A stretch of DNA of 64,000 nt from the human T2T-CHM13v2.0 reference genome, Homo sapiens. The notes under the pieces were generated by a model, which worked only from the letters and a program-made list of their open reading frames with translations, did not search any database and was not told where the DNA came from. The DNA is taken from NCBI RefSeq assembly GCF_009914755.1, contig NC_060928.1; one strand, written 5' to 3'. Positions 60,415 to 64,000 of the stretch are shown one piece after another. The position numbers were made by a program, and so were the translations under genes. Position 1 is the stretch's first letter, and every line of letters starts with the position of its first letter.

Positions 60415-60754
60415 TGATATGGTGTGACTGTGTCCCCACCCAAATTTCATCTTGAATTCCCACATGTTGTGGGAGGGACCCCGTGGGACATAATTGAATC
60501 ATGGGGGCAGATCTTTCCCATGCTGTTCTCATGATAGCGAATATGTCTTCATAAGGTAGAATTTCCCTGCACAAGCTCTCTCTCTTTGCCTGCTGCCATC
60601 CATGTAAAATGTGACTTATTCCTCTTTGCCTTCAGCCATAATCGTGAGGCTGCCCCACCCATGTGGAACTGTAAGTGCCAGTAAGCCTCTTTCTTTTGTA
60701 AATTGCCCAGTCTTGGGTATGTCTTTATCAGCAGCGTAAAAATGGATGAATACA
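60415..60754 (+). mobile_element. THE1A/B solo LTR
   Basis: TGATATGGTGTGACTGTGTCCCCACCCAAAT ... GAATACA; TSD GGTAC/AGTAC. Confidence 0.93.
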
Positions 60755-61763
60755 AGTACTTTGAGACAAAAATCAGGGGAAACTCCCACCTCCCACCCAG
60801 CTCCCTATTAAGAAATAGTTACAATAAAATTATGTTTTCTTAGAGACAAATATGTCAGAAATGAATTTCAATAAATTTCATTATCCACTTAAGATAACTT
60901 TAAGTAATAATAATATATTATCCATACCATTTTTCTGACCCTTTCTGGGTGAGGGTGTCTTCCTTCCTTGAACTATTTCAAAGATTCTACCATAACTGGA
61001 GGCCACCTTCAATACCATCCTATCTTGGGTGGGGTAGAAAACCAAACAAAACAGGTGGTTTGTCTATTGTTAAGTTCTGTGAATTGCACCTGACTACTCT
61101 TCCATCAGTTGTGAGATAGGATTTTCGAGACTCAATACTTGAGAATAATGATACAAATTAAAACTCTTTTTCTCATTTGAAGAAGTGAGAGATGAGTTTT
61201 TTCTTTGGCATATCTTTGGAGTTGATATAGAAGAAAGGAATTATTTATATAAGCAGTATTTTAAGGTGGGCATAACATATTGGCACTTGGTTTGTCTATT
61301 GGACTCCAAAATTTTTATAAACATCCATTTCAGGTGACAAGGAAATCCAATAAAAGTAATGCATATGGTTTTACTTTAAATGCAAAATGGAAGCTAACTG
61401 GTATCGCTAAAATGATTAATACACGTAAATAATTTTTATAAAAACATTTTGGAATTATGATTCTGAAATTATACTGTAAAGTAAATCGGATTTACTGTTT
61501 CACAAGAAGCAATGTGTAATTGAGGTCCTCAAAAGGTGACACATTATAAATAACTCCAAACCTAGGGATGCTTTAGAACTGCCTTAACGCCTAGAGCCAT
61601 GTCTTGCCAGGTTTAGGGTACTTTGTGTCAAAAATCAGGGGAAACTCCCCTCTCCTAGCCAGCTCCCTATTAAGAAATAGTTACACTAAAATTATGTTTT
61701 ATTAAAGACAAATATGTCAGAAATGATTTTCAATAAAGTTTTTATATTATCCACTTAAGATAA
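60755..61763 (+). repeat. Local direct duplication of ~145-160 bp (copies 60755-60897 and ~61617-61763)
   Basis: Both copies share CAAAAATCAGGGGAAACTCCC, CAGCTCCCTATTAAGAAATAGTTACA, GACAAATATGTCAGAAATGA and ATTATCCACTTAAGATAA. Confidence 0.92.
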
Positions 61764-62289
61764 TGGTAAGCCATAGTTAACTGCCTGCCAGAACAAAGCT
61801 GAACACTCTTTAACGGTAGACATCATGATCCAGTTTCACTACAATGTAACATTGCAATGCCCAGCAGTCAACCTGAATCCCCAACGTTATAAATAATACA
61901 TTATGGAAATTGAAGATGCTGCTTTGATCTTCAAAGAGCATTGATTTCTTTTTGTTTAGCAGAAAGTTAGCATGGCTGGACTCAAACTCCAAATTTAGGC
62001 TCCCCTGCAATGGACAGCAGCTGAAATTGCTGTTTTTTAAGTTGGTCTGTTTGAAGCCTGTCTGTGCAGGAAATTGGAGTAGAATTGATACAGAGAATTT
62101 GAGGCTCCCACTCTCTGTTCTCTCCTTTCTAGATTAACCTTCTTTATTTTCTAACTGCGTTAATTTCCTGAGTTCTGTCTTTTGATTCTTTGTGCAAATA
62201 AGAATCTGGGTTTTTGCTCAAATTTTAGCTACCTCATGTGGTCCTGACTGCAGCACTTCAGGCTAAAAGCTAATTAATGAAAGTAGCAA

Positions 62290-63850
62290 CTAATGTGACA
62301 CAAGGCCAATACATGAGAATGAATTATATTTGTGCAGACCAGTAATGAACAACTAGAAAATTAAATTTTTAAATGTTATTTGCAAAGGCATCTTAAAAAT
62401 ACAATGGGAATATACTTTTTAAAAATATGCAGATTACTTCTACAATTAAAACTCTAAAACATTGTTGAGAACAATGAAATATTATATAAATAAACAGAAA
62501 TATATACCACACTGTGTTGTTATATTAATTTTACCCAAATCTATAGATTTATTCTAACCATAAAAAAATCCAAACTAGATATTATTTGTATAAAAATAGA
62601 TAAACTGATTCTAAAATTTATATGTAAATGCAACAAACATAGGATGCCCAAACCAATCTTGAAAAAGATCAAATTGGAGGACTGGCATTGTCTTATTTTA
62701 AGACTTAATACTACATTAGTCAAGGTATTAATGCAAAGGCAAATGGGGTAATGGAACAGAATAGAGTTCAGGAATAACTCACAAACATATGTTTGTTTTT
62801 TATTTAAGGTAGTAAAGCAATTCAACTGGGAAAGGACAGTGCTTTTGTTGCTGGAACACCTGGATCTTCATCTAGGGAAGAAAGATCAATATTGACAATT
62901 ATTTAACAACACACACACAAATTAATTTGTGATGAATCATAGACCCATATATAAAAGCTAAAAGCATAAAGGTTCTAGTATAAAACAGAAAAATATATCT
63001 GCAATTTTGGGATAAAGATTTCTTAAAATGTGAAGAAAATGATTGATTAAATTTCATTAATATTAATGCTTCTGCTCATCAAAACTTGCCCTTAAAAAAT
63101 TAATTTCAAGTTACAGACTAGTAGAAAATATTTAAAATACGTATATCTGAAAAAGATTTGTAACCAGTATAAAAATTTATATCACTTATTTATAATGAAG
63201 ACAAATCAGTTAAAAAGTAGGCAGATGGAAATATACATAACAAAGTAAGGATGATGAAAATATACTCAATCTCATTATTCATTAGGGAAATAAACATGAA
63301 AACCATAAGGAGATACCTCTTTACAACCACAGAATGCTAAAATTAAAAATATATATCATGCATACCAAATTTTGGTAAGGAAAAGAGCAAGAGCAAGTGG
63401 TACTCTCCTACATTGCTGATGAAACTAAAGTGATACAACTACTTTGACAGTTGCTTACAATTTAAATGTATTCAGCAATTCCTGTAATCCAGCAATTCCA
63501 CTCTCAGTGTTTCTCTCTCAGGAATCCACTCTCCACTCTTACCCAAGAGAAATAAAATATTTATCTACAAAAGATAGCTTTATCCTAATATCCCAAATCT
63601 GGAAACATTAAAAAAATTATCAATAGAAAACAAATTAATGGAGAGTAGAGCATTTGTACAATTGACAGAGCAAATCAATGAACAAACAAAAATGAATAGA
63701 CAATGTAAATCTCAAAAATGTTATGCTAAATTAAAGGAATTTGGGCACAAAAGAGTACACATATATTTATGTGAAGCTTAAAAATAGGCACAATGAAAAA
63801 CTACAATGATAGAAATCTGAACAGTGATCACCCCTAGGATTGACTATTGA
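62290..63850 (+). mobile_element. Ancient L1ME-like 3' remnant
   Basis: AAACTGATTCTAAAATTTATATG, TGGAACAGAATAGAG and CCAGCAATTCCACTC motifs in L1 order. Confidence 0.8.
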
Positions 63851-64000
63851 GCAGTGGTTGAAAGGATATTCTTTCCTTGGGTTAACTGGCAGATAGAACT
63901 CTAACTGCTGCCAGTGTTTATCTAGAACTAATAATTTCTTTTCTTTTGGTAAGGAAAACACTACATCCACTGATGTGGCTAGTTATTCTTTTTTTTTTTT

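Overview
Primate genomic DNA, most likely human given young AluYa5- and AluYb-lineage elements. The window is AT-rich and dominated by interspersed repeats, as expected for an intergenic region or a large intron. I find no credible host protein-coding exon; the long ORFs are L1 ORF1/ORF2 remnants or chance frames in Alu, LTR12 and simple repeats. Main contents: a full-length inactivated L1PA4-6 (43129-49289, minus), older L1P/L1M/L2 elements, about a dozen Alus, solo LTRs (LTR12C, LTR7, THE1 x4, MLT/MST, an ERV1-type LTR), DNA-transposon MITEs, a 3'-truncated U5 snRNA retrocopy and a strong CTCF motif. I did not find a new biological system. The most notable observations are small retrotransposition and repair footprints: the U5 fragment with TSDs, a 72-bp L1 tip with probable 3' transduction, two inverted L1PA copies sharing atypical variants, a mosaic AluYb, a re-opened ORF0-frame ORF, and a unique-sequence duplication dated by a THE1 insertion. 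Subfamily calls come from recalled consensus sequences and manual comparison, not from a database search.
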